From positions 2,624,001 through 2,688,000 of the forward strand of contig OY969763.1 in the NCBI GenBank assembly GCA_963702845.1: 64,000 nt of DNA, written 5' to 3'. The notes under the pieces were generated by a model, which worked only from the letters and a program-made list of their open reading frames with translations, was not told the origin of the DNA and ran no database searches. This stretch comes from an uncultured Verrucomicrobiae bacterium. Lineage in GTDB: Bacteria > Verrucomicrobiota > Verrucomicrobiia > Limisphaerales > Palsa-1400. A program made the position numbers and the translations under genes. This document shows, piece after piece, positions 11,736 to 23,034 of this stretch (its first letter is position 1; each line of letters starts with the position of its first letter).

Positions 11736-11745
11736 GGCGGTGGCT

Positions 11746-12510
11746 TTAAACGAACCGCAAGCCACCCTGCTCGCTGCACACCCGTTCCAACGCGCTCACT
11801 GCGCTTTGCGGTGTGTAGGCGCCGGTCACCTTTCCACCAGCTTCACTGCTGACCTCAATGTTAAAACGATAACCCGTGCCGCCCACCTCAACGAGATGGC
11901 TGTTCGTATTCACCTTCGGGTCAGCAACAATTCGCGACACCGTGCGATCAAATCCCAGGCCTGCCAGCGCAATCATCGCGTGGACATTCACATTGCGCGG
12001 AAACTTTTCGCACGCGCCACGCGTCGGTCCGTCATAAACAACTTTGTAATCCTGCGGCGGCAATCCAAGACTCGCCGGGCTCTTCGTCGTCGTAATCGTA
12101 ACGGACTGAAGAGTCCGCCCCGCATCGACAAGTCCGTCGATCCCGACAATCGCACCGTGCGGCAAGAATACGCGGTGTCCCGCTTTCATCGCTGCATTTT
12201 GCAACTCATCACGAAATGCATCATCGGCGAGCGCAGTCACAGAGAACAACATCAGATCCGAGTTTTGCACAATTTTCGTGGCAACAGCCCTCACCAAATC
12301 AGAATGCGCCGCTTCCACCACGAGATCAGCATGGCGCGCCGCAATTTCGTCTAACGATGTGATGCGCAGATGTTGTGGAACTTCCTTGAGCCGAGCGTCG
12401 GTCCTGGAAAAAACGAATGCCAGCTCAAGCGAAGGATCAGCAACAACTGACCGGGCCAACACGGCGCCGATCGAGCCACAGCCGATTATCCCCACACGTT
12501 TTTGATTCAT
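11746..12510 (-). CDS. L-aspartate dehydrogenase-like protein (NadX/DUF108)
   Basis: GIIGCGSIG Rossmann motif, VVEAA, HGAIVGIDG, FPRNVNV. Confidence 0.8.
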   Translation of the reverse strand: MNQKRVGIIGCGSIGAVLARSVVADPSLELAFVFSRTDARLKEVPQHLRITSLDEIAARHADLVVEAAHSDLVRAVATKIVQNSDLMLFSVTALADDAFRDELQNAAMKAGHRVFLPHGAIVGIDGLVDAGRTLQSVTITTTKSPASLGLPPQDYKVVYDGPTRGACEKFPRNVNVHAMIALAGLGFDRTVSRIVADPKVNTNSHLVEVGGTGYRFNIEVSSEAGGKVTGAYTPQSAVSALERVCSEQGGLRFV

Positions 12511-12752
12511 GCCTGAGATTATCGAAAACTTGCGCAAAGAAAAGAGGTCGGTTCGTGACTTGGTGAGCTCATGGCAAATACCACGAGGGGTCTGCCGTAA
12601 GACTGAGGAAAACGAAACACAGATCGGAGGAAAGTATATGGATGGATTAAGTCGCATTGCATTTAACGTGGTGGAATCGATCGCGCATTTGCCCCTTGCC
12701 TCGCTTGCAACCAGTTCATACCGTCGCGCTAAGATTTCGAAACGCATTTCCT

Positions 12753-14108
12753 ATGAGCTTCACAATTAATCGCCGCCGTTTCCTCCAAACCTCTGCCGCG
12801 TCGCTCGCCTTCTCGGCCCTCGGCAGCTATGGCGTCGAACTCATCAACCAAAAACCCAAACGCGTCGGCCTGATCGGCACCGGCTGGTATGGCAAGAGCG
12901 ATCTGTTCCGCCTCATCCAGGTCGCGCCCATCGAAGTGATCTCGCTGTGCGACCCGGACAAACATCAGCTCGCGGAAGCGGCGACCATGGTCAGCCAGCG
13001 CCAGAAATCAAAAAAGATTCCCCGCACCTACACCGACTATCGAAAGATGCTCGCGGAAAAAGACCTCGACATCGTGCTCATTGGCACGCCCGACCACTGG
13101 CACGCACTGCAAATGATCGCCGCCGTCGAGTCAGGCGCAGACGTTTACTGTCAAAAACCCATCAGCGTCGATGTGATGGAAGGCGAAGCCATGATCGCGG
13201 CGGCACGCAAGCACAACCGAGTCGTGCAAGTCGGCACTCAACGCAAAAGCACGCCGCACCTCATCGAGGCCAAGAAAAACATCGTCGAAGCCGGCCTGCT
13301 CGGAAAAATCGCCCACGTCGACATCTGCTGCTACTACCACATGCGCGCCAACGGCAACCCGCCGGTCACCGCCGTCCCCGATTACTTCGATTACGACATG
13401 TGGACTGGCCCAGCCCCGCTGCGGCCGTTCGACGGCATGCCGCACACCCGCTGGTGGCGCACCTTCATGGAATACGGCAACGGCATCGTCGGCGACATGT
13501 GCGTGCACATGCTCGACACCACGCGCTGGATGCTCAAGCTCGGTTGGCCGAATCGCGTCACCTCCTCTGGCGGAATCTTCGTCGACAAAACCGGCAAGTC
13601 CAACATCAGCGACACCCAATCCGCCACGTTCGACTACGACAACCTCACGGTGAATTGGCAGCACCGCACCTGGGGCGCTCCGCCCGATCCGCAATACGAT
13701 TGGGCCCTCGTTCTTTACGGCGACAAAGGCACGCTTAAAGCAAGCACCTGGAAATACGATTTCATTCCGAACAAAGGCACGACCATCCACAAAGACTGCG
13801 TTTTCGAGCGCGAGAAATTTCCCGAAGACGTGACCGAACCAAAAATCGAACTCAACGCCGCGCCCGCCACGCGTCTGCACATGCTCGATTTCCTCGCCGC
13901 CATCGACAAACGCAGCCGCCCCGTCGCCGACATCCAGGAAGGCCACATCTCCACGGCAAGCTGCATCCTCGCCAACGTCTCCATGAAACTCGGTGGCCGC
14001 CCGCTCGTTTACGACCAGGCCAAACGCCAGGTCGTCGGTGATCACGAAGCAACAAAACTTTTACGCCGTCCTTACCGCACCGGGTACAAACATCCCGAGG
14101 TGGCATAA
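12753..14108 (+). CDS. Tat-exported Gfo/Idh/MocA-family oxidoreductase (left anchor of the accessory region)
   Basis: NRRRFL Tat motif, GLIGTGWYG, TPDHWH, YCQKP, DMCVHMLD. Confidence 0.93.
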   Translation: MSFTINRRRFLQTSAASLAFSALGSYGVELINQKPKRVGLIGTGWYGKSDLFRLIQVAPIEVISLCDPDKHQLAEAATMVSQRQKSKKIPRTYTDYRKMLAEKDLDIVLIGTPDHWHALQMIAAVESGADVYCQKPISVDVMEGEAMIAAARKHNRVVQVGTQRKSTPHLIEAKKNIVEAGLLGKIAHVDICCYYHMRANGNPPVTAVPDYFDYDMWTGPAPLRPFDGMPHTRWWRTFMEYGNGIVGDMCVHMLDTTRWMLKLGWPNRVTSSGGIFVDKTGKSNISDTQSATFDYDNLTVNWQHRTWGAPPDPQYDWALVLYGDKGTLKASTWKYDFIPNKGTTIHKDCVFEREKFPEDVTEPKIELNAAPATRLHMLDFLAAIDKRSRPVADIQEGHISTASCILANVSMKLGGRPLVYDQAKRQVVGDHEATKLLRRPYRTGYKHPEVA

Positions 14109-14136
14109 TCGGTTGGGTCAAAGTTCAAGAAGCAAA
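14065..14136 (+). repeat. L repeat, copy 1 (native oxidoreductase 3' end plus downstream 28 bp)
   Basis: GCCGTCCTTACCGCACCGGGTACAAACATCCCGAGGTGGCATAATCGGTTGGGTCAAAGTTCAAGAAGCAAA; recurs at 14589, 23784, 31568 and 38099. Confidence 0.9.
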
Positions 14137-14154
14137 ACACCCTGCGGATGCCGT

Positions 14155-14445
14155 TTAACTCGAAGTGTTCTCAAAATAATCAGCACCGCACTTAGAACAG
14201 TGTGTGACCTCGACGGTTACCGTGCGCAATGGTTTTTTACACTTCGGACATACCAGTCGATTGTTGCCGAGGACAACAGCGAAAATGCAGAACACCACCC
14301 CGAAGCCGGGCAACATAGGGCCAATCCGGCCACTCGGCTGACCGAATTTCGACATCAGGAGACCGATGCCAACGAGCACTATCCCGGTGTGCAACAAGTA
14401 TCGAGATGTCTTAAGGCGGGATTTCGAAATGCGTGTATTGGTCAT
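14155..14445 (-). CDS. Small membrane protein with CxxC...CxxC zinc ribbon (cassette cargo 1)
   Basis: Two TM segments, CPKC and CSKC; ATG 7 nt after GTTCGGC. Confidence 0.7.
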   Translation of the reverse strand: MTNTRISKSRLKTSRYLLHTGIVLVGIGLLMSKFGQPSGRIGPMLPGFGVVFCIFAVVLGNNRLVCPKCKKPLRTVTVEVTHCSKCGADYFENTSS

Positions 14446-14495
14446 TGGTTCAGCCGAACAATTAATACGACATGTGTTCGCATATTTTTTAATTC

Positions 14496-14548
14496 ACGAA
14501 CAGCGCCTTATATATCACCAACCCGCTGTTCGTTGAAGCATTCTTCAC
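14496..14548. repeat. R hairpin repeat (attC-like), copy 1
   Basis: ACGAACAGCG...TATATCACCAACC-CGCTGTTCGT followed by TGAAGCATTCTTCAC. Confidence 0.8.
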
Positions 14549-14559
14549 TTCAGCCTTTG

Positions 14560-14585
14560 TAGCCTTTAGAATTTAGCCTTCGTTC
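14560..14585 (+). repeat. S repeat TAGCCTTTAGAATTTAGCCTTCGTTC, copy 1
   Basis: Identical 26-mer at 15263-15288 and 23756-23781; inverted variant near 32082-32099. Confidence 0.85.
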
Positions 14586-14588
14586 TGG

Positions 14589-14660
14589 GCCGTCCCTACC
14601 GCACCGGATACAAACATCCCGACGTGGCGTAAGCGGTTGGGTTAAAGTTCAACAAGCAAA
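14589..14660 (+). repeat. L repeat, copy 2 (displaced oxidoreductase 3' end, RPYRTGYKHPDVA*)
   Basis: 65/72 identical to 14065-14136; the four coding differences are all at third codon positions. Confidence 0.92.
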
Positions 14661-14678
14661 GCAGAGTGCCGACGTAGT

Positions 14679-15035
14679 TCACTCTCTGGCACCGGTTTGA
14701 TACAGATGCTCCGCACAATAAACAACCCCTCGGACGCGAGGTTGATCGCATCCCTGCCGAATGCACTTCTCGTCCGTAAGTCCGCCTCGCGACCGTATTA
14801 AATAATCACGCCGCAACAACGTAGTGTCGAATTCTCTCCACCCATCTCGCTCGGGGATCTTAACAGCGAACTGTGTCTGAAGTTTGTCGAATTCGTCCAC
14901 CGACCAAAGCTGGTCGCAACACGGGCAGCGAAAGAGACGCACCCAATTACCTGTTTCCAATAGTTCGAAGCGCCCGATTTCCGGATGATTGTCCAGCTTT
15001 ACGATGTCTGGAAGCTGAGAGCATTTGCACGGCAT
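14679..15035 (-). CDS. Small Cys-rich putative metal-binding protein (cassette cargo 2)
   Basis: CKC, CPCC, C-x4-C...C-x2-H; start just after GTTACGC. Confidence 0.7.
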   Translation of the reverse strand: MPCKCSQLPDIVKLDNHPEIGRFELLETGNWVRLFRCPCCDQLWSVDEFDKLQTQFAVKIPERDGWREFDTTLLRRDYLIRSRGGLTDEKCIRQGCDQPRVRGVVYCAEHLYQTGARE

Positions 15036-15073
15036 AGCGAATTCTGACGGCGTAACATGGTTCTCTGACCAGA

Positions 15074-15117
15074 GCCTTGTATATCACCAACCCGCCATTC
15101 GTTGAAGCATTCTTCAC
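15074..15117. repeat. R hairpin repeat, copy 2 (left arm replaced)
   Basis: GCCTTGTATATCACCAACCCGCCATTCGTTGAAGCATTCTTCAC. Confidence 0.8.
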
Positions 15118-15137
15118 GGGACCAATTTGGTGGCGGC

Positions 15138-15210
15138 AGCTCCGTTAGGAGCGACATGTTTATAGAAACAACCCACAAAAAGACCAAACAAGCTCCGTAG
15201 GAGCGGCATG
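15138..15210. repeat. REP-like doublet AGCTCCGT(T)AGGAGCGRCAT
   Basis: Two direct copies of a short hairpin GCTCC-GT(T)A-GGAGC. Confidence 0.6.
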
Positions 15211-15289
15211 AGCAAAGAACAGAGCCGCGTGCATCAAAAGATCTCTTTTTTGTTTTAGCCTTTAGCCTTTAGAATTTAGCCTTCGTTCC

Positions 15290-16732
15290 ATGTCTCGATT
15301 GATGCGTTTATGCCGCTGGTGGTTGCTCGTGCTCGCTTTGAATGCCGGCGCGGCGGAAAAGCTCAACGTGCTCTACATCATCTCGGATGACTTGCGTGAC
15401 ACGGTGGGTTGTTATGGCAACACCGCGGTGAAGACTCCAAATATTGACCGGCTGGCGCAACGCGGCGTCTGCTTCGAGCGGGCTTATGCGCAATACCCCA
15501 TTTGCAACCCAAGCCGCGCTTCCTTTCTGACCGGCTTGCGTAGTGAGCAAACGCACGTCGTCGGCAACCGGACCATGTTCCGCACGAAGCTGCCGGACAT
15601 CGTCACTCTCCCACAACTGTTGCGGCAGCAAGGATGGCATGCGGCGTCTTTCGGCAAAGTATTTCATGTCGGAGAAAGCATCGGGGAAATTCGCGACGGC
15701 TGGATGGACCTGGGCAAATCGTGGGATGAAGCGGCTATGTTCCAGCCCACCGAGGCCGGGCGCGTCATCGAAGGCCGCAACCTGACCGGCGGCAAATTGA
15801 AATGGTGCGAATGGGGCGCGACGGCGGGCGGCGACGATGATCAACCCGACGGCCAGACGGCGCAACACGCCCTGGCAGTCATCGAACGGGAAACCAAGGC
15901 CGGCAAACCGTGGCTCGTCGCAGCCGGTTTTCATCGACCGCACGACCCGTTTATCTCGCCCAAAAAGTATTTCGACCTGTATCCGCCCGGCTCGATGAAA
16001 ATCTATCACGACCCGACCAACGTCACGAAGCTGCCGCCCCTATCCATAGCTGGTGGCGCGTTTACCGAGGCTTTCAATGCATTCACCGAGCGCGAGCGCC
16101 AGGAATTTCAACGCGCTTACTATGCCGGGGTTTCTTTTACCGACGCGCAAGTCGGCCGGCTCATGGAAGAATTGGATAAGCGCGGGCTTTGGGAACACAC
16201 ACTGGTGATTTTCTCGGGTGACAACGGTTATCATCACAACGAGCGGGGTTGGTGGAACAAAAACACCTTGTTCGAGCGCAGTTGCCGGGTGCCGTTGATT
16301 GTCGTGGCGCCAGGCGGCGCGCGGGGCAAAGTCTGTCACTCACTGGTCGAGCTTGTAGATATTTACCCCACCGTGGCGGATTATTGCGGGCTGCCGGCAC
16401 CGCATAAATTGGCCGGTCAGAGCTTGCGGCCCTTGTTGCAAAATCCCGCAGGCAAAGGGCGCGACGCCGCTTTCACCCTGGTTGTGCGCGGCAGAAACTA
16501 CGGCCAGGCGGTGCGCACCGAACGCTGGCGCTTCATTCAATGGAGCGATGGAAACATGGAACTCTACGACGAACTAAAGGACCCGGAAGAAACGCACGAC
16601 GTTTCCTCCGCGCGTCAGAACGGGGCTGTGATTACGGAATTGAAAACCCTGCTCAACCAACGCATCGGCCCTTACCAACCCGACGCCCCAGCCAAAGTCA
16701 GCCAGCAACGCAGAGGCAAAAAGACAACGTGA
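15290..16732 (+). CDS. Sulfatase (iduronate-2-sulfatase-like)
   Basis: SDDLR, CNPSR formylglycine motif, GKVFH, GFHRPH; signal peptide. Confidence 0.93.
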   Translation: MSRLMRLCRWWLLVLALNAGAAEKLNVLYIISDDLRDTVGCYGNTAVKTPNIDRLAQRGVCFERAYAQYPICNPSRASFLTGLRSEQTHVVGNRTMFRTKLPDIVTLPQLLRQQGWHAASFGKVFHVGESIGEIRDGWMDLGKSWDEAAMFQPTEAGRVIEGRNLTGGKLKWCEWGATAGGDDDQPDGQTAQHALAVIERETKAGKPWLVAAGFHRPHDPFISPKKYFDLYPPGSMKIYHDPTNVTKLPPLSIAGGAFTEAFNAFTERERQEFQRAYYAGVSFTDAQVGRLMEELDKRGLWEHTLVIFSGDNGYHHNERGWWNKNTLFERSCRVPLIVVAPGGARGKVCHSLVELVDIYPTVADYCGLPAPHKLAGQSLRPLLQNPAGKGRDAAFTLVVRGRNYGQAVRTERWRFIQWSDGNMELYDELKDPEETHDVSSARQNGAVITELKTLLNQRIGPYQPDAPAKVSQQRRGKKTT

Positions 16733-16816
16733 TCAACCACGCCCGCTCGTTTACGACTCTGGTCATCTTGTAATTTGTATTTTCCCCTCAACCCTCAACT
16801 ATCCCCCCTCTCACCG

Positions 16817-17890
16817 CTACTTTCCAAACGCCGTTTCAACAAACCGGTACGCTTCACGCCGGATTGTCGTCGGGAACGAATGTTCGCATTCCGGACTTGT
16901 GACCACAAAGCGATCGGCAGCGCCGAGAAGTTTGTAGACCGATTCGATCTCCGGTATCGCCGACCGCACGCCCGCGAATTCGAAGTTGGCGTCGAACTTG
17001 GGACTATTGGAAAAAACCGCGCGCGGCGCGATCGCCCCAATCACTTCCGTCAAATCAAACGGCACCTCATCCGGATTACTGTGATAAACATCGCGGATAG
17101 CCGGCATATACCGATCCTGCGCCCAGTTCGCCAACTTCTTCCCGCCATAATAATAATGGAACGGCGTCCACCCGCAGCTCGTCACCACAGCCGTGATACG
17201 CTCATCAAAGGCCGCTGTGAAAAGCGCGTTGTGCCCGCCAAGGGAATGGCCGATGACAGCGATCCGCTTCCGGTCCACATCGCTGCGCGCGAGCAAGACA
17301 TCGACGCATCGCATATTGTCTGCGATCGCCTTCATCGTTCCTGACCGATACGGCGAAGTTTTGAAGTTATAATTCGTCAGCTCGCCGAACGAAGAATAGT
17401 CCGGCGCAATGACAACGTATCCCAGCCGTGCAAGCTCGGTCGCATAGCCAAAATTGCGATCACCGGGAAACGTATCGTCACTGATATCTTTCCCAACCGT
17501 CGCAGTCTGCTGCACCGCCAACGCCGCCGGCCGACGCTCGTTTGGCCCGATGTCATTCGGAACGTAGAGATAAGCCGGAATATGTTCGTTAAACAGCGTA
17601 TCGATCGTCACCAATTCGCGGTGATAAGTGGCGAATGACAGCGACTGGCGGATCTGCACCACCGGCGCGGCGAGCTTCGAGCGATCGGGCAAGGGACCCA
17701 TCACCTGTTGCATTCCGGAAAGAATAGCTCGCCGCCGCAACTGCCAATCGCCAGGAGTCGCTATCGTTTTGATTTGTCCGGAAGGATTCGCAAACCAATC
17801 AAGCCTGGCATGATCAAGAGACCCGCCATTAACCGTGGCAATCGTTAGGAAAATTAAAAAAATGGAACCGATCAGAACAGACAGTTTCAC
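16817..17890 (-). CDS. Secreted alpha/beta hydrolase (dienelactone hydrolase/acetyl xylan esterase-like)
   Basis: GHSLGG nucleophile elbow, IAPR, C-terminal His (EHSF); start codon uncertain. Confidence 0.8.
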   Translation of the reverse strand: MKLSVLIGSIFLIFLTIATVNGGSLDHARLDWFANPSGQIKTIATPGDWQLRRRAILSGMQQVMGPLPDRSKLAAPVVQIRQSLSFATYHRELVTIDTLFNEHIPAYLYVPNDIGPNERRPAALAVQQTATVGKDISDDTFPGDRNFGYATELARLGYVVIAPDYSSFGELTNYNFKTSPYRSGTMKAIADNMRCVDVLLARSDVDRKRIAVIGHSLGGHNALFTAAFDERITAVVTSCGWTPFHYYYGGKKLANWAQDRYMPAIRDVYHSNPDEVPFDLTEVIGAIAPRAVFSNSPKFDANFEFAGVRSAIPEIESVYKLLGAADRFVVTSPECEHSFPTTIRREAYRFVETAFGK

Positions 17891-17991
17891 GGCGCGAGCA
17901 TAAAACAGTTGCCGGAAAGTGGTGAGAAATTTTTCGCGCCCGCGTCCTGAAGGGACAACACGAAACGCTCCGTCCTGAAACGGCTGGTCAA

Positions 17992-18900
17992 TCAATTCGC
18001 CAGGGGAGATGTGCACGCCTGGACACGGGGAAGGTCGTCCGAATTATCAGCGGTTTTATAATAACCTGTAAAAGTGAGCACAGCGGTTCCGTGCCACTTC
18101 CAATACTCAGCGTGGCCATCGGCAAAGGAAAAAGTGGTGCCTTTGTTGTGGCGGCTGCCCGGGTAATTCCACCATTGGCCGTCATGCGGCCCGCCCGGTA
18201 CGGCGATGGCAAAGTCGCCGTCATCCACGCTAAACTCATTCTCATCCACAAAGACAATCATCTTGCCAAACCCGTTGGTATGAGCACCGATTTGGGCGAA
18301 TTTCATAATGCTATTTTGTCCATTGAGCAGTATTCCACCTTGTGGACTACTGGCCGTGAACCCGCCAAGAGGATAGTTCATCGACACGGTACGTGCCTGG
18401 GGCCCCAGCGTAGCGGCGAAAGTAAACGGCGGGTTCGCCGGGTAGAGAATTTGCCTCGTATTGGCCGGACACGCATAAATGGAAAGTGACCCATTGTATG
18501 GAAAGAGAACCCCATTGGGGATCCAAGGCTTCGCCGGGTCAGTCTGCGCCCCGCCTTGAATCCACGAGTTTGGCAAACCGTTGCCACCCGGTCCGTTGAC
18601 GGGCGCGGCTCCGTTCAGTGGCAGATGATCGTTGTAGTCGCCAACATACATGTGCCAGCACAGTTGCAACTGCTTCATGTTGCTGAGGCATTGAGTGGTC
18701 TTGGCTTTTTCCTTGGCTTTGGCCAGAGCAGGCAACAATAACGAGGCCAAAATCGCGATGATGGCAATAACCACCAGCAATTCGATCAACGTAAAACCCG
18801 CCCGCTTGTCTGCGCCCGATTCCACCAATCGCGTCGGCGCGCCGGATTGATTTATCCCTCTATCCAACTTTGGTGTCATATCATTCATAACGCTCTTCAC
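17992..18900 (-). CDS. Prepilin-type N-terminal methylation / H-X9-DG domain protein
   Basis: [39 protein letters not shown]. Confidence 0.9.
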   Translation of the reverse strand: MKSVMNDMTPKLDRGINQSGAPTRLVESGADKRAGFTLIELLVVIAIIAILASLLLPALAKAKEKAKTTQCLSNMKQLQLCWHMYVGDYNDHLPLNGAAPVNGPGGNGLPNSWIQGGAQTDPAKPWIPNGVLFPYNGSLSIYACPANTRQILYPANPPFTFAATLGPQARTVSMNYPLGGFTASSPQGGILLNGQNSIMKFAQIGAHTNGFGKMIVFVDENEFSVDDGDFAIAVPGGPHDGQWWNYPGSRHNKGTTFSFADGHAEYWKWHGTAVLTFTGYYKTADNSDDLPRVQACTSPLAN

Positions 18901-21900
18901 TCAGGGTTGTTGAAAGAACATGCGATAAAAGACGTTAGTCTGGTTCGCATTCGGAGTGATGGTGATCTGGTTGGTCGAGGTCGAACCACTTACAGGGAAC
19001 CATGCGTTGGTTACCGCCACCCCTACCGAGTTGCTCTGTATCTGCCAGCCCGTGTGGTCAGCCGGCCACGAGAGCGTCAATTGATTGTTCGAATATGAGA
19101 CCGTCAGGTTTGTCGGGGTGGGATTAAACAACGTAAAATGGTGTTGCGCGCTGAGATAGTTGGCCAGGCTTGCAGCGTCGCTGCTGGACAAGGGCGAGGC
19201 AGCGACGATCAGTTCGGAAAGGTCGCCCGCCAGACGATTGAAACCATCAGACCGCGCGCCGATGTATAGCGGCTGTCCGTTATCGAAGCTATTCGACTCG
19301 TCGAAGTTGGCGCTCAACAGACCCGTTCCCGCAGGCTGGCCGTTAACATAGTGGCTGACGGTATTGCCCGTGTCGGAAGCTATCACGACGGAGGTATTGC
19401 CGATGGACGGCCCGCTCGTCGCGGGGTATGAGCCGTAATGAATACCTGCGACCGTGCCATTGCCATTGCCGCGGTAGAGTTGCGCCCCGGGGGTGCCAAG
19501 ATAGAAATCATACGGTGCGGCAATGTTTTTATTCGCGGTTCCAGTCTTTGAAACGAGATGGCCCGTTCTGCCGTTCAGAACCCTGGGGTTGACCACGGCG
19601 ATAATGGACATATCACCGGTGATACCCAGGGTGGAAGAACCGCCGGCCGTAGTCATGTAGTTCGTAACCAAATCGTTGGTGTTGAAACGGATCACCGGAT
19701 CTCCCGATGCATTGGTGGCAAGCTGTCGGTTGAATCGTCGGCCCGCCACCCCCGTAAATGGTGTTGTTATTTCCGGACAGGTCGCTCCATAAGACCACAC
19801 TGTTCGTCGTCGCATCGTGACGCCGGTATCGGCCCGGACCCAGAGAGCCGCGTTTGGATAAAGTCCTACCGGCGTTGAAGCGGGGTCATGGTAAGACCAA
19901 ACAGATCCTTCACATTTTGAATGGTCAGCGAGTAGAAGCCGGGGTTGGCATTGAAGGTCAAAGGCGAGGTGGTCAACACCACTTTGTTGGGCAGTGTCGC
20001 CCATCGCGGCGGAAAGGACACTAGCCCCGTTGTTCAACGAATAATTGCCGGCAACGGTGGCTGTGGCGGGGTCCACCGCTTCGTCAAAAGTGACAATGAC
20101 TTGATTCGTGTTCCAAATGGGTATTCCCGCCAACGTGACGAAGGGCGGCACCGTGAGAACCGTCAAGGTATTTGTGGTGCTATAGACAAAGGAACCATTG
20201 GGCAAGGTCACCTGCACATCGAACTTCGTCGCCATTGTCGTTGGGAGCCAGAATTGGCGTGGTGTAAGTCGAATTGGTGGCGCCCGAGAATGTTCGTGCC
20301 GTTTTCCTGCCATTGGAAGGAGAAGCCGTGAGCGCTCCCCGCGCCTGCCACAAACGTATAGGTCACGGAAAATCCATTGGAGGAGGTGGTGCTTGCGGGC
20401 AGGTCGGTGGTAATGGCAAAGGTGAAATATTTTACGCCCAGATAATTGTCCACAATGGTGCGGTCTGCGTCCGACAGGGCTGTGTTAAAGAGCATGATTT
20501 CCGCAATCTGGCCTCTCATTTTCGGATTCGCGGCTTGCAGATCGCTGCGCCCGCCGATCCATACTGGCGTCCCGCCGTCATAAATGCCCGGAGGGTTGCC
20601 GGTAACGGGCCGATGGGCCAGCTGCCGTTGTTTGCGCCGTTCAGCCAGAAGTTGAAGTTGTTCGTCGCCAGCCCGTTTTCTGGCGGAAATGACAGCATGG
20701 AGGCATAACGTAAGGAGTGTTGATCAAAATCGTGCCTCCGATGCCGCCAGCCGGGGCGTTATTGAAACCATTTCCATATTGCACAGTTTTCACTGGCGGC
20801 TTGGGTCCCAATCGAAAGGCGCCGGCAAATTGCCCCACGTTTTGTTGAACAAATCGTTGCCGGCGGTTGAATAAAATTCGGCGACGGCATACATCGTTGT
20901 GTTGCTAGTCATTGAATCCAGACTGGGTGAGGATGGCGCCTGCAGACAGTGAAGAACATTGGCGCCGCTGCCATGGTTGCCGAAGTCCAATGACGGTTGG
21001 CCATTGTTAATGATGTTCGTTCCCGGCCGGGCCGCGCTGCCGGTTAAACCGACTGAAGGAACACCGAAGAATTGGGAAGCGTTGTTGCGCGTTGGTGGTT
21101 TGGTCGAGCCATTGCACCACGTTGTTGTTGGCATCAAGCACCACACCCGAATCCCCTCTCAAAAAGAGCACCAAACCTGCGGGAAGCACCGCTTGGTGCT
21201 GGCAGTCATGGCGTTGCCAAACAAATCCTGGACGTTTTGAACTTTAAGATAATAGCCGGTGTTTGTGTTCAGCGTCGAAGTCGTGCAGGATGACGTTATT
21301 GGACGTACTGCCGAAACTGGCGGAAACAATGGAAGCCAGCACGGAGTCAGCGTGATAATTAGCGGGATTCAAGCCGGTCACCGGGTCAACCGCCTTGGAA
21401 AAGGCAACACGATGTTCGTCGCATTCGCCGTTTTCGTCACGGAATAAACCGTTGGCGGGCCGGATACGACGGCCAAAGTTGCGGTGGCGCTGTTCGTCGA
21501 GCCGTTCACGTTGGTGATAGTTACGCTGTAGTTTAATCCGTTGTATGACGGATCCAGCGACGGGGTGGTGTAGAAGGCATTGGTCGCTCCGGCGATCGGA
21601 GTGGTCGGGCCGCTCGCGCCATTGGTCATCCATTGGTATGCAGCCGCGGGATAATCATTCGTGACGCCCACCCAGAAAGTGGCGGTTTGACCGACCTGCG
21701 CCGTTCTATTCTGGGGTTGCTCGATAATCGTCGGCGCTCCCTGGCGCATCAGGACATCAGTCAAAGTAAATTCTTGGAAAAACCCTTGCGCGGCATCGGC
21801 ACCAATGCCCACGTACTGGATCATGGTCGGATTGACATTTGCAGTTGCGTAGGAGTCCACTTGAACCGAATTGGTAAAGAATCGATAGGTCCAGCCTCTC

Positions 21901-22553
21901 GCCGTCCCGGTTCCCGTAGTGGTGTCCAGAACGACTGTGAACAGATTGGTGGTGGTTCCAAACGTGGCTGCTTTTATGGCGGGGTTGCCCGAGCCGCCCG
22001 GGAATCGGTGAGGCTGAACTCCGGTACCGTCTCCGCGTATGAACATACATCCCGCACCGAGAGGCACAGTGCGATAGCTGCCATTGGTGAGCGGGTTCAC
22101 GGCGAAACCCATCGCCAGAAAATTGGTGCCGCCGGAGAGCGCGCTGACTTTGCAACTAAGAGTATAGATATGCCCCACTTGCGGAACAAAGGGGAGGAAA
22201 CCATTCAAAGAGAGGCCGTTAGCGGGTACATTGGTGAGGGCGATCTCCGATCCATCCGTTTGCAACTGAGCATTCAACCCTGGAGCGTTGCAGGCTGTCC
22301 ACGTGGCGCCGGGAGCATTCACTGTATCGGGAGCCGAACCATCCAATGGTCCCACCCGGGCGAAGGTGTCTCGATAAATGATATTGGTGACCTGCGCCTG
22401 CATCACGCCGGTCATGAACAATAACGGCAAAAGGAACGCTAACCGTTCCCACGTGCAACAACGGCACCAGGCGGTCATGACTTTTACCGCTGCTTTTTTT
22501 GATTTCGCATTTAATCGCGGGGTCACGAACGTATTGTGTAATGGCATTTTCAT
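18901..22553 (-). CDS. Large secreted multi-domain protein (Ig, SbsA-Ig-like, LamG-like domains) broken by multiple frameshifts
   Basis: Consecutive overlapping ORFs 21378..22553, 21244..21633, 21007..21189, 20790..21146, 20641..20838, 20208..20519, 19613..19798 and 18901..20313 read as one protein ending in a PVC-type 'LSWPADHTGW...VFYRM' C-terminus. Confidence 0.75.
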
Positions 22554-22732
22554 GGCGTGATTCTGATGGTGGTTAAACTGATACTGAACTAATTACGAAA
22601 TTGCGTTTTGTACGCGGCGAGGCCAATGGCGAATTACTTTTCACAACGGCTGATTTCTGAAGATATTGCACATCCGAACCCGTCTAGTCAAGCGTGCGTC
22701 GCCGTTCAGAAGGGATTTTTGTAAATCAAATC

Positions 22733-22777
22733 AAAAATCAGGTGTCAAAAAATCAGGTGTCAGTCCTAACTATTGAC
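22733..22777. repeat. Tandem AAAAATCAGGTGTCA repeat, REP-like
   Basis: AAAAATCAGGTGTCA-AAAAATCAGGTGTCAGTCCTAACTATTGAC. Confidence 0.5.
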
Positions 22778-23034
22778 GCAAACGCACTCCTTCCTTTTTG
22801 TTGGCTGCGTTTAGCAATCTCTCAAGATGTCCCATTTATTTTCCCGCATCACTGGTGAAACAGAAGAGCCGCCGCCTACGGATCTGGCACCCTCACCCCA
22901 CGACAAAAACAAACGCGAAGCGCATGGAGTGCGCCGTCATCCGGCGCTTTTCCCCTTTTTGCGTCTTTCGCGTCTTTCGCGGTTTTCCCTCTCTGCGTTC
23001 TATGCGGCGAAATACGCCTGCCTCAAGGCTGTGT

